A stretch of 32,000 nucleotides of DNA, from positions 4,770,001 to 4,802,000 of the forward strand of contig NZ_RSDW01000001.1 in NCBI RefSeq assembly GCF_003945235.1, in the 5' to 3' direction. The notes under the pieces were generated by a model. It did not search any database. It was given only the letters and a program-made list of their open reading frames with translations, and had not been told where the DNA came from. The DNA comes from Edaphobacter aggregans. Its GTDB lineage: Bacteria; Acidobacteriota; Terriglobia; Terriglobales; Acidobacteriaceae. Both the position numbers and the translations under genes were made by a program. The stretch's first letter is position 1. Each line of letters begins with the position of its first letter. This document shows, piece after piece, positions 1 to 9,632 of the stretch.

Positions 1-382
1 TGTGCGCTGCCACGTAAACCAATCCGACAACTGATGGATCCGTGCCTGCTTCTGTAATCACGGATCCCCCATAGCTGTGGGCGACAAGGATGCTCGGTCC
101 ATCCTGCAGGGCGAGCACACGCTTCGTCGCAGCCACATCATCCTTGAACGACGTCTCCGGCTCCTGAACGACACTAACGTTGTAGCCATCCTTTACAAGA
201 ATTTCGTAAACGCCTTTCCACCCAGAGCCATCTGCCCAGGCTCCGTGCACCAAAACAATATTCCGAACGCGATGCTCCTGGTTCTGCGCTGAGAGCACGC
301 GGCAGGTCAACAGCAACAAAACGATGCACAAGGACTGAGAGATTCTCACTACCACTTGCAAAGGCTTCATAGAATTACTCAT
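1..382 (-). CDS. alpha/beta hydrolase with signal-like N-terminus (partial; 3' end runs off the window start)
   Basis: This ORF is absent from the ORF track because it is open at the window edge. The reverse-strand ATG (rc of 380-382) is preceded by GGAG (rc of 390-393). The translation is MSNSMKPLQVVVRISQSLCIVLLLLTCRVLSAQNQEHRVRNIVLVHGAWADGSGWKGVYEIL...SILVAHSYGGSVITEAG. It shows a hydrophobic leader, an HG oxyanion motif and a nucleophile elbow (HSYGG). Confidence 0.75.
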   Translation of the reverse strand, partial: MSNSMKPLQVVVRISQSLCIVLLLLTCRVLSAQNQEHRVRNIVLVHGAWADGSGWKGVYEILVKDGYNVSVVQEPETSFKDDVAATKRVLALQDGPSILVAHSYGGSVITEAGTDPSVVGLVYVAAH

Positions 383-557
383 TTTGATTCTCCTTTCGTT
401 ACGCTCTGATCAAAGGTTGCCACGCGTTTTCCCATAGCTGCGTGTGAAAGGCTTGTCATCCCGGCCTGGCGAACTTCGGCAGCGTCTGTCTTCTGCAATT
501 TCCCAGGCTGCTATGGTCATCCAGTTGTGCGTCAAGCCGTTCGGGTTTTGCCGTCAA

Positions 558-980
558 TTATTGGGTTATTCTTTGGTTTGGAATTGGGTTCTCCTGAAAA
601 AGCCGAGCCACGAGAGCCGAATCCAGATACGCACGTACTTGCGCGATCTCGCCGCCCGCGAACCGGCAGACCCAGCAGTAACGATTGTCGAATCTGAGCC
701 CGTTCTTCGCGGTGGCCAGGGAATGCAATTCAACTACCGCCCAATCTCCGCTCACGAGTACATTTTCAACATGCAGCTCCGTGCCCTCCGGCAGCACCTT
801 GGCCAGTTTGGCGAAGGTACCTGCGATGAATGCCTGCTTGCTGAGGTAATGACCGGCAAGCGGGTGCGTTCCCTCCACAATCCAGTCCACCTTGTCGGCT
901 ACATGCTCAAAAAACGCGGCGCCATCGCCCTGCTCCAGCCCCTTGAAAATCTCGCGAACACGCTCGGATGGAACGGCCAT
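558..980 (-). CDS. SnoaL-like / NTF2-fold (ketosteroid-isomerase-like) protein
   Basis: The ORF track gives 558..1058(-). I place the start at the internal ATG (rc 978-980), which is preceded by GGAG (rc 988-991). The 26 codons upstream of it would overlap the 3' end of the PrpD-family gene. The sequence MAVPSERVREIFKGLEQGDGAAFFEHVADKVDWIVEGTHPLAGHY...RYCWVCRFAGGEIAQVRAYLDSALV is typical of this fold family. Confidence 0.75.
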   Translation of the reverse strand: MAVPSERVREIFKGLEQGDGAAFFEHVADKVDWIVEGTHPLAGHYLSKQAFIAGTFAKLAKVLPEGTELHVENVLVSGDWAVVELHSLATAKNGLRFDNRYCWVCRFAGGEIAQVRAYLDSALVARLFQENPIPNQRITQ

Positions 981-1002
981 CTCATTTCTCCTTTCTTGTG
1001 GT

Positions 1003-2406
1003 TCATCTGCTACTTCCGGATGACGCGGCGCCGCGCTGGCTCGCTTTGACGGCCCCAAGCAGCTTTGTCAGGTCCCTCACCTGGATATTTTCCACCGACC
1101 GTGCGGCGTCCTTGATTTCGCCGCAAAGCGCTTCATCGGCACGCCCGGCCACGAGCCGATCGAACTTCTCCACGGATTCTTCCCATGTGAACGGTTCGGA
1201 CGCGAGTCCCGGATAGGCCTGTACTTCGTGCTCGATGATTTTTCCGTCCAGCAGCCGCACGGTGATCTTTGCAGGCATCTTCGCTGGATATTCAGCCGTG
1301 TATTCCTGGTTCGGGCGGACCGAAACCTTCTTCAACAATGTCTGCACGTCAGCTCTCGCAATGCGCTCCGGCTGGAATTGCGCGGGCATCACGTCGCCAT
1401 CCAGCAGCGCCACAGCGAGCAGGTACGGCAGGCTGTGATCCGCCTGTTCCTTGGTGCGGATGAATTTGTCCACGCCGTAGAGGCCGCCGCCGGCGAAGTC
1501 GTAAGCGAGTTGGAAAACCTCAGCCTCAATGGAAATCACCTTAGCGGGATCGATCTTGTTCTGCGAAGCGAGTTCGACCATGCAGTGCACGGCGGACTGC
1601 GTGTGGATCATCGAGTTGTATTTCTTAATGGTGCTCTCGACGACGCCCTCGTACCCCTGCTTGTCCCAGTCAATGTTGACCTTCATTCTCAGGAGATGGT
1701 CGATGCCCAGTGGGCCCTCGATCACTTGCAGGGGACCCTCCACACCTCGTCGTGCGAGGAACAGCGCGTTCATCGAGCCGAGCGCCGACTGTGCCGAGGC
1801 GAGTCCTTTCCATTGCGAAAGCGGCTTCGCGCGAACGACAGCGAAGGACGCATCGCTGACCGCAGCCATAGCGATGGCGTTCGCGATCTGCTGCTCGCTC
1901 AGGCCGAGTAGCCGTCCAGCTGCGGCATTATGTGAGAAGGCCAGTTGCGAAGTGTGGTCGAAGCCGCTGCTCATGAAATTGGCGTGATCGACGAATCGTG
2001 ACTGCACCGTGTAGCCCAGAGCCACGCCCAGCATCAAGTCACGGCCGCTGCCGCCCACGTAGTCGGTGATGGTCAAAGCCACGCCGAAATTATCCGCCGT
2101 GTGGCAAGTCTCGGTCGGCGCCAGGAAGTTATCCATGAAGTCCAGATAGCGTACCAGCGCCGTGTGCCAGAACGCCGCGTAGATCGGGTTCGCCTGTCCG
2201 CCGCCGGTCAGCGCACACGGGCCGTTGCCCCCGAACTCGGCGACTTGCTCGCGACACGCCTGCACCGGGCCCGCACCCAGCGCAGCGATACAGCAACCCA
2301 GCGAATCAAGGATGTGAATCGGCAATTGCCTGCGCGACTCCTGCGAGAGGTCCGCGAATCCGGCGCGCGCGGCGTACTGTGCAAGCGCTTCAACTTGAGT
2401 CGTCAT
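1003..2406 (-). CDS. MmgE/PrpD family protein (2-methylcitrate dehydratase superfamily; substrate unknown)
   Basis: A 467-aa ORF. The N-terminus (LAQYAARAGFADLSQESRRQLPIHILDSLGCCIAALG) and the full-length pattern (...FDHTSQLAFSHNAAAGRLLGL...SQWKGLASAQSALGSMNALFLARRG...) are characteristic of MmgE/PrpD proteins. It lies in an operon with the flanking minus-strand genes, separated by 22-nt and 36-nt gaps. Confidence 0.85.
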   Translation of the reverse strand: MTTQVEALAQYAARAGFADLSQESRRQLPIHILDSLGCCIAALGAGPVQACREQVAEFGGNGPCALTGGGQANPIYAAFWHTALVRYLDFMDNFLAPTETCHTADNFGVALTITDYVGGSGRDLMLGVALGYTVQSRFVDHANFMSSGFDHTSQLAFSHNAAAGRLLGLSEQQIANAIAMAAVSDASFAVVRAKPLSQWKGLASAQSALGSMNALFLARRGVEGPLQVIEGPLGIDHLLRMKVNIDWDKQGYEGVVESTIKKYNSMIHTQSAVHCMVELASQNKIDPAKVISIEAEVFQLAYDFAGGGLYGVDKFIRTKEQADHSLPYLLAVALLDGDVMPAQFQPERIARADVQTLLKKVSVRPNQEYTAEYPAKMPAKITVRLLDGKIIEHEVQAYPGLASEPFTWEESVEKFDRLVAGRADEALCGEIKDAARSVENIQVRDLTKLLGAVKASQRGAASSGSSR

Positions 2407-2442
2407 TTCAATCCTCCTTTTCTATTCCGTGAGGTCACTTGT

Positions 2443-3432
2443 CTATCGTGTTAGGGCGATGAAAACCCCCATCGTTACGACCGAGCCCATCATGCTGAAG
2501 AACACGGCGGAAGCGGCCTCCGCCTGCGCGATGCGATACTGCAGAGCAAACATAATCACAATCGGCATGGTCGGAATCGCCGTCGTAAGAACCGCCTCGC
2601 TCACGACGGGACTGCCATAGCCGAGCCATCGCAAACCACCGAGCACCAGGGCGGGCTGTATGACGTTTTTCAGGAATACAAAAAACAAGATCTGCCAGGT
2701 GACTTTGATTTTGCCGGATGCAAGCACGATCCCGCAGGCAAAGAGCGCGACGCCTCCGGATGCCTGGCCCAGCAGGGAAAGCGAGTGGACGATGACTTGA
2801 GAAATGTGAAGACCAGTGAGCACGATAACGAAAGCAATAAGAGGTGCCCATACGATCGGTTCTTTGACAGTTTCCACGAGTTTGGCAGCGAATACCGAAA
2901 GGTACGACCTGGGAGACGATTCCGATTGCTCTCCTCCCTGCGCAGCGGGAGTGTTTTCCGTTGGTTCTCTCCCGGTCGAGTTCAGCGCCAGAAGCAGAAT
3001 CGTGATTGGCACGACGGTGAGGTTAATGACGAGACCGCCGAGCGCGATCGGAATGGCGCTGAGCCCGCCGAACAAATCGCCGAGCACAGCTGGACCCACG
3101 AACGGCACCGCCGGCGCGGAGGCTGTGAGCGCTGCGAGTGCGCTCATGCTCACTTGCATGCGAAGAACGATACGAGAGAACAGAAACACCACACCATAGA
3201 ATCCAATGATGCCCGCGCACAAGGCGATCACCAGTGGGATGTCCTTACTGAGTGCGGCGCGTGACGTCGTAACGGTTCCAGCAAAAAGCGCCAGGGGCAC
3301 GGCGTAGTGCAGCACCATCCGATTCAGGGTTGGGGCATCCTTCGAACCAAAATCGTGTCGCCGCGCCGCCACGAAACCGAGCAGGAACGTGACGACCATT
3401 GGCAGGAGTGCGCTCAAAATAATGTCTAGCAC
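2443..3432 (-). CDS. AEC (auxin efflux carrier) family transporter
   Basis: A 329-aa ORF that is hydrophobic throughout, with multiple predicted TM helices and a central polar loop. The N-terminus MLDIILSALLPMVVTFLLGFVAARRHDFG is typical of AEC/MdcF-like permeases. Confidence 0.8.
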   Translation of the reverse strand: MLDIILSALLPMVVTFLLGFVAARRHDFGSKDAPTLNRMVLHYAVPLALFAGTVTTSRAALSKDIPLVIALCAGIIGFYGVVFLFSRIVLRMQVSMSALAALTASAPAVPFVGPAVLGDLFGGLSAIPIALGGLVINLTVVPITILLLALNSTGREPTENTPAAQGGEQSESSPRSYLSVFAAKLVETVKEPIVWAPLIAFVIVLTGLHISQVIVHSLSLLGQASGGVALFACGIVLASGKIKVTWQILFFVFLKNVIQPALVLGGLRWLGYGSPVVSEAVLTTAIPTMPIVIMFALQYRIAQAEAASAVFFSMMGSVVTMGVFIALTR

Positions 3433-3769
3433 GTCCGGTCACTCTCCGCGGGAGGCTTGTATTGCAGGAACCTCCGAATCCATTCAAGAGTGGATGGAGT
3501 CCCTTTCTTAGGCCTCGTTGATTCGTTTGTCAAGCTAGTGGACTGGCTCGGACTGACGATCTCTCTGCCAGACTTCAAATGCAAAGTGTGAGTGCGTACC
3601 GGAGACGATCAAGTGGAACTTTTCCACCGATTTCGCGCGGATGGCAGGCAACCTAGAAGCCATACCTCGTGACTGGGACCTAGGGGAGTGCCTCGGAATC
3701 GGCAGTCATAAGCTCGCGAAGTGTGATCTAATTGCCGGGCATTAACTGCCAATGGTCAAAGGAGTCCAC

Positions 3770-4594
3770 ATGCCCACCATCACAACCAAAGACGGCGTTG
3801 AGATTTTTTATAAAGACTGGGGTTCAGGGCAGCCGATCGTATTCAGCCATGGGTGGCCGCTTTCGGCCGATGATTGGGACAACCAGATGCTGTTCTTCCT
3901 GGGTAAGGGCTATCGCGTGATAGCGCATGACCGGCGTGGGCATGGACGTTCGACGCAGGTGGCCGATGGGCACGATATGGATCATTATGCGGATGACCTG
4001 GCGGCGCTTACAGCGCATCTCGGCCTGAAGGACGCGATCCATGTGGGACACTCGACGGGCGGCGGCGAGGTGGTGCACTATCTGGCCCGGCGTGGGCAAC
4101 AGGACGTGTACAAGGCTGCGATTATCAGCGCGGTGCCTCCGCTAATGGTGAAAACGGCGACGAATCCGGAGGGCCTGCCGAAGTCAGTGTTTGACGATCT
4201 GCAGGCGCAGCTTGCGGCGAACCGGTCGAAGTTCTATCGCGATCTGCCGGAGGGGCCTTTCTATGGATTTAACCGGCCAGGGGTGAAGTCGTCGGAGGCC
4301 ATCATTGCGAATTGGTGGCGGCAGGGGATGATGGGCGGCGCCAAGGCGCACTATGACGGGATTGTGGCGTTTTCGCAAACCGACTTTACCGAGGATCTGA
4401 AGAAGATCACGATTCCGGTACTGGTGATGCATAGCGAGGATGATCAGATTGTCCCGTATGTGGCGGCGGGGCCGAAGTCGGCAAAGCTGCTGAAGAATGG
4501 GACGCTGATTACATATAAGGATTTCCCGCATGGCATGCCTACTACGCAGGCGGAGAAGATCAACGCCGACCTGCTGGCATTCCTCAAGAGCTGA
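3770..4594 (+). CDS. alpha/beta hydrolase of the non-haem haloperoxidase / arylesterase type
   Basis: The ORF track gives 3752..4594. I moved the start to ATG 3770, which sits 5 nt after AAAGGAG (3758-3764). The sequence MPTITTKDGVEIFYKDWGSGQPIVFSHGWPLSADDWDNQM...IHVGHSTGGGEV contains the HGWP oxyanion motif, a GHSTG nucleophile elbow and a C-terminal His (FPHGM). Confidence 0.85.
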   Translation: MPTITTKDGVEIFYKDWGSGQPIVFSHGWPLSADDWDNQMLFFLGKGYRVIAHDRRGHGRSTQVADGHDMDHYADDLAALTAHLGLKDAIHVGHSTGGGEVVHYLARRGQQDVYKAAIISAVPPLMVKTATNPEGLPKSVFDDLQAQLAANRSKFYRDLPEGPFYGFNRPGVKSSEAIIANWWRQGMMGGAKAHYDGIVAFSQTDFTEDLKKITIPVLVMHSEDDQIVPYVAAGPKSAKLLKNGTLITYKDFPHGMPTTQAEKINADLLAFLKS

Positions 4595-4615
4595 AGATGC
4601 AGCCCCCGGATGGTC

Positions 4616-5575
4616 TCAAACGCCCTGGTACACGAGCGCAATGAAGTTACTTGGATTCTGAAACAGGTTGCCCCACTCCGCGTCATAGCGCGCACTAGGC
4701 TTAGCCGCGATCACTTCGGGCAGGAGCTTACCTTGTTTCTTGAGAGCCGCAACCTTATCGCGAATATCAACCAAAACGTCTCGAAATAGGATCAGGTCGG
4801 CTTTGCCGCCCACGGCTCCATGCCCAGGAATCACGATCGTCTTGCTCGTCACCTTTGCGATGTTCGCTTCTGCCGCGCGTATCTGGCCGTCGATGCTTCC
4901 TCCGGTCCAGTAGTCGATAAAGGGGTAATCGCGGTTCCAGAAGGTGTCTCCCGTGTGGAGAATATCGGCCTCAGGAAAATGCACGGAGATATCCGAGTCC
5001 GTATGGGCAGGTAAGTAGTGCTTTAGCGTGAGAGTGGTGTTGTTGATATGCAGAGTGTGTTCGTCGTTGAAGACGGTGGAAGGAATCGCACCCGCCGGCG
5101 CGGCTGGGAAAGTGTACTGAAAGTTTCCTCCGACGAACGTGGCCTTGGAAAGATGTTTGCGCGTATTTTCGTGCGCCAGGATACTGGCCCCGGCTTCATG
5201 GACCCACTCGTTGCCACCAGTATGATCGAAATGCCAGTGGGTGTTGATCAGTTGTTTGATCGGATCCGCGTTGATGCTTGCGAGGGCTTTCGAGACGTTT
5301 GGACGTGCGGTGACGATCTCCGCATCCACCACCAGCTTTCCGTCAGGGCCTGTCAGAACGGCGATATTTCCACCAGCGCCTAAAAGGATACTGACGTTGC
5401 GTCGAAGGTTTTGAATCGTGACCTTTGCTGTTGCAGCTTCCTTGAAGGCACCCGGAACGATGCTACTTGTCTGGGCGATCAGGTGTCTTGGAGCAAGGCA
5501 AGCCGCGGCGACCGTCAGGCCTCCAGCAGTAAGAAACTGACGGCGTGAAATGTCGAGTGACGCCTCGGGAAGCAT
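4616..5575 (-). CDS. MBL-fold metallo-hydrolase, Tat-exported
   Basis: A 319-aa ORF with a twin-arginine leader (DISRRQFLTAGGLTVAAA). It carries the HxHxDH motif (HWHFDHTGGN) and later His/Asp ligands (PAHTDSD, IPGHG). Confidence 0.85.
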   Translation of the reverse strand: MLPEASLDISRRQFLTAGGLTVAAACLAPRHLIAQTSSIVPGAFKEAATAKVTIQNLRRNVSILLGAGGNIAVLTGPDGKLVVDAEIVTARPNVSKALASINADPIKQLINTHWHFDHTGGNEWVHEAGASILAHENTRKHLSKATFVGGNFQYTFPAAPAGAIPSTVFNDEHTLHINNTTLTLKHYLPAHTDSDISVHFPEADILHTGDTFWNRDYPFIDYWTGGSIDGQIRAAEANIAKVTSKTIVIPGHGAVGGKADLILFRDVLVDIRDKVAALKKQGKLLPEVIAAKPSARYDAEWGNLFQNPSNFIALVYQGV

Positions 5576-5887
5576 CCTAAGATTCTCCTATCGCTTTCGC
5601 CTTGGATTTAGAGCACATCTTTGGCTTTTCCGTCTAAATCCGGAACAAAATCATACACCGACTCTTCACCAAATGATGAAATGATGCTAATTGCTGTGGC
5701 GGAAGCTGCCACACCCACGCATATGGCGTTTTTCTTGAAATGATACTGGATTGTCGAACTTTCGCTTTCGAGCGTTTGGCTCCCTCGAAGCGCTAATATG
5801 TACAGATTTCCACATCGGCACGCGATAGCGCTCATAGAGAAGGGCCCTGCAGGAATCAGCCGTTGCCCATGGATCAAGGAGGTATTG

Positions 5888-6898
5888 ATGAAAGCACTGA
5901 TCTTCCGCGAGACCGGTGAACCGAAGAGTGTATTGAAACTGGAAGAGATTTCTCCTCCGCCTTTAGCCCCTGGCGAAGCGCTCGTCCGAGTGTTGCTGAG
6001 CCCGATCAACGCATCCGACCTGCACATGGTGCGCGGGCGCTATGGCTATCAACCGGAGTTGCCGGCCAGCCCCGGCATTGAAGGAGTGGGCATTGTGGAG
6101 GCCGTAGGGCCGAGCGCGCAAGGCCCGATGGTCGGAACTCGCGTAGTTTTCGTTGACACGTGGAACACCTGGCGCGAGCAGATCGTGTGCCCAGCAGACA
6201 AACTCGTGCCCGTTCCAGACGGCATGGACGATTCGGCCGCCGCCGCTTCCTACATCAATCCTTTGACCGCGTGGGCATTGACCAAATCAACTCACAACCT
6301 CAAAGAGGGGGACTGGCTTCTGCAGACGGCAGCTGCCTCCAGTGTGGGGAAGTTTGTGCTTCAGCTGGCGCAGCAATATCGATTCAGGACAATCAACGTC
6401 GTCCGGCGGCGCGAGCAGGAGTCAATCATCCGCAACCTCGGAGGCGATGAGGTCATCTGCACGGCCGACGAGGATCTGAGATCGCGCCTGCAGGAATTGA
6501 CCGCGGGCAAAGGCGTTGAACGAGCGATTGACTGCGTTGCCGGAGACCTTGGCGCCGAGATTGCCCGCAACCTCGCTCCCGCGGGAACCATGCTGGTGTA
6601 CGGAGCCCTTTCCAGTCATCGGCAGACGGATCCTGCGAAATTCCTCATGCCGCTGTTTGCTCCGCGGTTGATTTATTCCACAGCAACGGTTCGCGGCTGG
6701 TGGCTTCCGCGTTGGGTGCCTTCCCAGCCGCTCGCCGAAGTACGGGCCGCGACGAGCGATCTTCTCACCATGTTTTCGAAGGGAGCACTTACGCCGCCAG
6801 TGAGTGTGCGGTATTCAGTGAAGGACTTCCAGGAGGCAGTAAGCCTCGCCGATGGTGAGGCAGGACAGGAAAAGGTGTTGCTAGATTTCTCCGATTAA
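5888..6898 (+). CDS. medium-chain dehydrogenase/reductase (quinone oxidoreductase / enoyl reductase-like)
   Basis: The ORF track gives 5798..6898. I moved the start to ATG 5888, which follows AAGGAGG (5876-5882). The sequence MKALIFRETGEPKSVLKLEEISPPPLAPGEALVRVLLSPINASDLHMVRGRYG...GIEGVGIVEAVG has a GroES-like N-domain followed by a Rossmann domain (LLQTAAASSVGKFV). Confidence 0.8.
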   Translation: MKALIFRETGEPKSVLKLEEISPPPLAPGEALVRVLLSPINASDLHMVRGRYGYQPELPASPGIEGVGIVEAVGPSAQGPMVGTRVVFVDTWNTWREQIVCPADKLVPVPDGMDDSAAAASYINPLTAWALTKSTHNLKEGDWLLQTAAASSVGKFVLQLAQQYRFRTINVVRRREQESIIRNLGGDEVICTADEDLRSRLQELTAGKGVERAIDCVAGDLGAEIARNLAPAGTMLVYGALSSHRQTDPAKFLMPLFAPRLIYSTATVRGWWLPRWVPSQPLAEVRAATSDLLTMFSKGALTPPVSVRYSVKDFQEAVSLADGEAGQEKVLLDFSD

Positions 6899-6942
6899 TC
6901 TGTTGAGAGAGTCCGACTGGGCAGGCCGGAATCTGCAGCTTT

Positions 6943-7581
6943 TCAGAAAGCGCCCGAGGTACGCTCTTCAAGTAGCTTTTCAAGCAAGATTTTTGTGGCT
7001 GGCCACTCCTTCATCGTGAAGGAGTAATTCACAGTGTCGCGAACAAAACCATCCCGCATGATTGTGTGACAGCGTAAGACTCCGTCGCGCACAGCGCCGA
7101 GTCGCTCTATGGCGCGTTGCGAACGGACATTTCTTGCATCAGTATTCAACTCAACTCTGTTAGCTAAGATCATTTCGAAAGCATGGTCGAGCATCAAATA
7201 CTTCGCTGCAGTATTGATCCGTGTTCTCCGATAGGGCGCTCCGAGCCAGGTCTTTCCCAGTTCGAGCCTCTTGTGTTCAGGTACGACCCGGTAAAAGCTT
7301 GTTGTACCCACCGCTAACTGAGTAACTTCGTCGATGATGGCAAAGTTCAGCTCCGTACCGCGTTCATTGGCACTCATGGCGCTGCCAATCCAAGTCTGTA
7401 ATTCGTCCCTCGATGCGAGGTATGCAAATGTCATATACCGCCAAATATCCTCATCCACCGACCAACGATAAAGCTGATCGAGATGTGAGTAGTCGACGGG
7501 AACAAGGCGAACCGAATAGCCCTGCAGCATTATTCTTTGCAGGGGCCACTGAAAAGCCCTCTCAGAAAGCCGGATTGACAT
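6943..7581 (-). CDS. GNAT family N-acetyltransferase (RimJ/RimL-like)
   Basis: A 212-aa ORF. The pattern LVPVDYSHLDQLYRWSVDEDIWRYM...LELGKTWLGAPYRRTRINTAAKYLMLDHAFEMILANRVELNTDARNVRSQRAIERLGAVRDGVLR is typical of RimJ/L-type GNATs. Confidence 0.8.
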   Translation of the reverse strand: MSIRLSERAFQWPLQRIMLQGYSVRLVPVDYSHLDQLYRWSVDEDIWRYMTFAYLASRDELQTWIGSAMSANERGTELNFAIIDEVTQLAVGTTSFYRVVPEHKRLELGKTWLGAPYRRTRINTAAKYLMLDHAFEMILANRVELNTDARNVRSQRAIERLGAVRDGVLRCHTIMRDGFVRDTVNYSFTMKEWPATKILLEKLLEERTSGAF

Positions 7582-7892
7582 GTTGAAACCACCTAATTTG
7601 TTCCGAACGATTTTAGTGAACGTATGAATGCTTTCTCGTTTCGCGGTTCAACGGGAACACTATCGTCAATTGAGCTACTGCCGAACGCTCTCTAGAATCG
7701 CATCCCCAAGTTGAGGACCTCAAGGTGCATCGGCTTGCCATGCCCAGGCGGAGGGTGTCAGTCTGGCGGTTGCTCGCGACATACTGGGTACCGTAGCGGT
7801 GATGCCTGTCTTGGGGTCGGGTGCCCTCCATAACCTTTATGGAGTGAGCGGGTTACAGAATAATCGGGCCTAGCTAAATCTTTCTGAATCTC

Positions 7893-7908
7893 TAGACCGA
7901 CTGGTCTA
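7893..7908. promoter_or_regulatory. palindromic candidate operator (TAGACC-N4-GGTCTA) upstream of the SDR-SDR-TetR operon
   Basis: The sequence tagaccgactggtcta has perfect 6-bp inverted arms. It lies about 50 nt upstream of the first SDR start (7961), and the operon ends with a TetR-family gene. That arrangement fits an autoregulated TetR operator. Confidence 0.3.
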
Positions 7909-7960
7909 CTCTATTTAGGTACGAGGCGAAATGCCTCGGGAATTTAGGAGGATTCACACC

Positions 7961-8761
7961 ATGTCAGCACCCACATCCAAAGGCACCGCTCTTATCACGG
8001 GCGCTTCCACCGGCATCGGCGCAGTCTACGCCGATCGCCTTGCCAAGCGCGGATACGATCTCATTCTCGTGGCTCGCAGCCTGGAGAATCTCTCTGAAGT
8101 TGCCGCACGATTGAAGTCCACCGGTCGCAGAATCGAAACGATCGCTGCCGACCTGACGAAGGCGGAAGATGTTCGGAGCATCGCCGAGCGTTTGCGCACC
8201 GACCCGGCAATCACTGCGTTGGTAAACAACGCCGGCCTGGGCAGCGCAGGGAAACTTCTCGATGCGAACATCGACGATCTCGAATCGATGATCTATTTGA
8301 ATGTCACCGCTCTGACGCGGCTGGCCCTTGCCGCCCTGCCTGCTTTTGTGGCGCGCAAGAACGGTCTGCTGATCAACATTGCGTCCGTCGTTGCACTTGC
8401 GCCAGACCTTCTGAACGGCACGTACAGCGGTACAAAGGCGTACGTCGTGAACTTTACGCAGGCGCTAAAGAACGAATTGGATGGCACAGGCGTCACTGTC
8501 CAGGCCGTGCTGCCGGGCGCAACTGCAACGCCGTTCTGGGCAAAGGCCGGTCGTCCGGTGGAGGACCTGCCGAGCGAGATCGTGATGACCGCCGAGGATA
8601 TGGTGGATGCATCCCTCGCCGGTCTCGACCAGCATGAGCTGGTTACCATTCCGGCTCTACCGGATAGCGCCGACTGGGAAAAGTACGATGCGGCGCGCAA
8701 AGCTCTGGGGCCGAACCTTTCCCACCAAAAACCCGCAGCACGATACGGCATCCAAGGCTGA
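7961..8761 (+). CDS. SDR family oxidoreductase
   Basis: The ORF track gives 7931..8761. I moved the start to ATG 7961, which follows AGGAGG. The protein carries TGASTGIG (TGxxxGxG), NNAG and YSGTKAY (YxxxK). Confidence 0.85.
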   Translation: MSAPTSKGTALITGASTGIGAVYADRLAKRGYDLILVARSLENLSEVAARLKSTGRRIETIAADLTKAEDVRSIAERLRTDPAITALVNNAGLGSAGKLLDANIDDLESMIYLNVTALTRLALAALPAFVARKNGLLINIASVVALAPDLLNGTYSGTKAYVVNFTQALKNELDGTGVTVQAVLPGATATPFWAKAGRPVEDLPSEIVMTAEDMVDASLAGLDQHELVTIPALPDSADWEKYDAARKALGPNLSHQKPAARYGIQG

Positions 8762-8796
8762 TCTCGTCACAACACCACACTTTAAGGAGCAAAGAA

Positions 8797-9588
8797 ATGG
8801 AACTCACAGGAAACACAATCTTCATCACGGGCGGTGGCTCCGGTATTGGAAGAGCACTCGCAGAAGCGTTACACCAGCGTGGAAACAAGGTCATCATCTC
8901 TGGGCGGCGCAAGGCCAACCTGGCAGCGACAATTGAGGCGAATCCAGGAATGGACTCGATTGAGTTGGATATTGCAGACCCGGCCAGCATACGGCGCGTC
9001 TCTGCGGAGCTGATCTCCAGGTATCCCAAGTTGAATGTTCTGATCAACAACGCCGGCATCATGTATGTCGACGAGGTTGCAGGCAATGTCGATGACGAGC
9101 TCATTTCCTCGACGATCACCACGAATCTCATAGGGCCCATCCGGCTTACAGGCTCCCTTATCGAGCACCTGAAGAAGCAGGAATCAGCCGCGGTGTTGAA
9201 TGTCTCCTCTGTTCTGGGCTTCGTACCGATGGCGATAGCGGCGGTGTACTCCTCGACCAAGGCAGCTCTTCACTCTTATTCGCAGTCTCTGCGCTTCAAG
9301 CTTCGGAAAACGCGGGTCCGCGTGCTTGAGGTGATTCCGCCGTGGGTACGCACGGAACTTCTTAATAGCAGCGAAGAGTCCCGCGCGATGCCGCTCGACG
9401 AGTTCCTGATGGAGACCATGGAGGTTCTCGAGACAGACGCGGACGAGATCATGGTCGCGCGGGCGAAGTTTCTGCGCGATCAGGCTGGGCCTAACGAGAG
9501 CGCGTTCGTGAATACTTTCAACGAACGGTTCGAGCTCCAGGGACCCCCTGACGCTGCGCCTGTGCAGGAGATTGTAAGCGGAGACTGA
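8797..9588 (+). CDS. SDR family oxidoreductase
   Basis: A 263-aa ORF with TGGGSGIG, NNAG and YSSTKAAL (YxxxK). AAGGAG lies upstream of the ATG. Confidence 0.85.
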   Translation: MELTGNTIFITGGGSGIGRALAEALHQRGNKVIISGRRKANLAATIEANPGMDSIELDIADPASIRRVSAELISRYPKLNVLINNAGIMYVDEVAGNVDDELISSTITTNLIGPIRLTGSLIEHLKKQESAAVLNVSSVLGFVPMAIAAVYSSTKAALHSYSQSLRFKLRKTRVRVLEVIPPWVRTELLNSSEESRAMPLDEFLMETMEVLETDADEIMVARAKFLRDQAGPNESAFVNTFNERFELQGPPDAAPVQEIVSGD

Positions 9589-9632
9589 TGCACGAATTGC
9601 TCACATGCAAGACGAGCAACAAGGAGACTCTT

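Noticed and set aside
444-1911. Plus-strand ORFs 444..1049, 968..1216, 1228..1911 and 1529..1987.
   Set aside because: All are antisense to the well-supported NTF2 and MmgE/PrpD genes. They overlap one another in different frames and have no recognisable domains.
8643-9260. A 205-aa minus-strand ORF.
   Set aside because: It is antisense to two SDR genes that carry canonical TGxxxGxG and YxxxK motifs.
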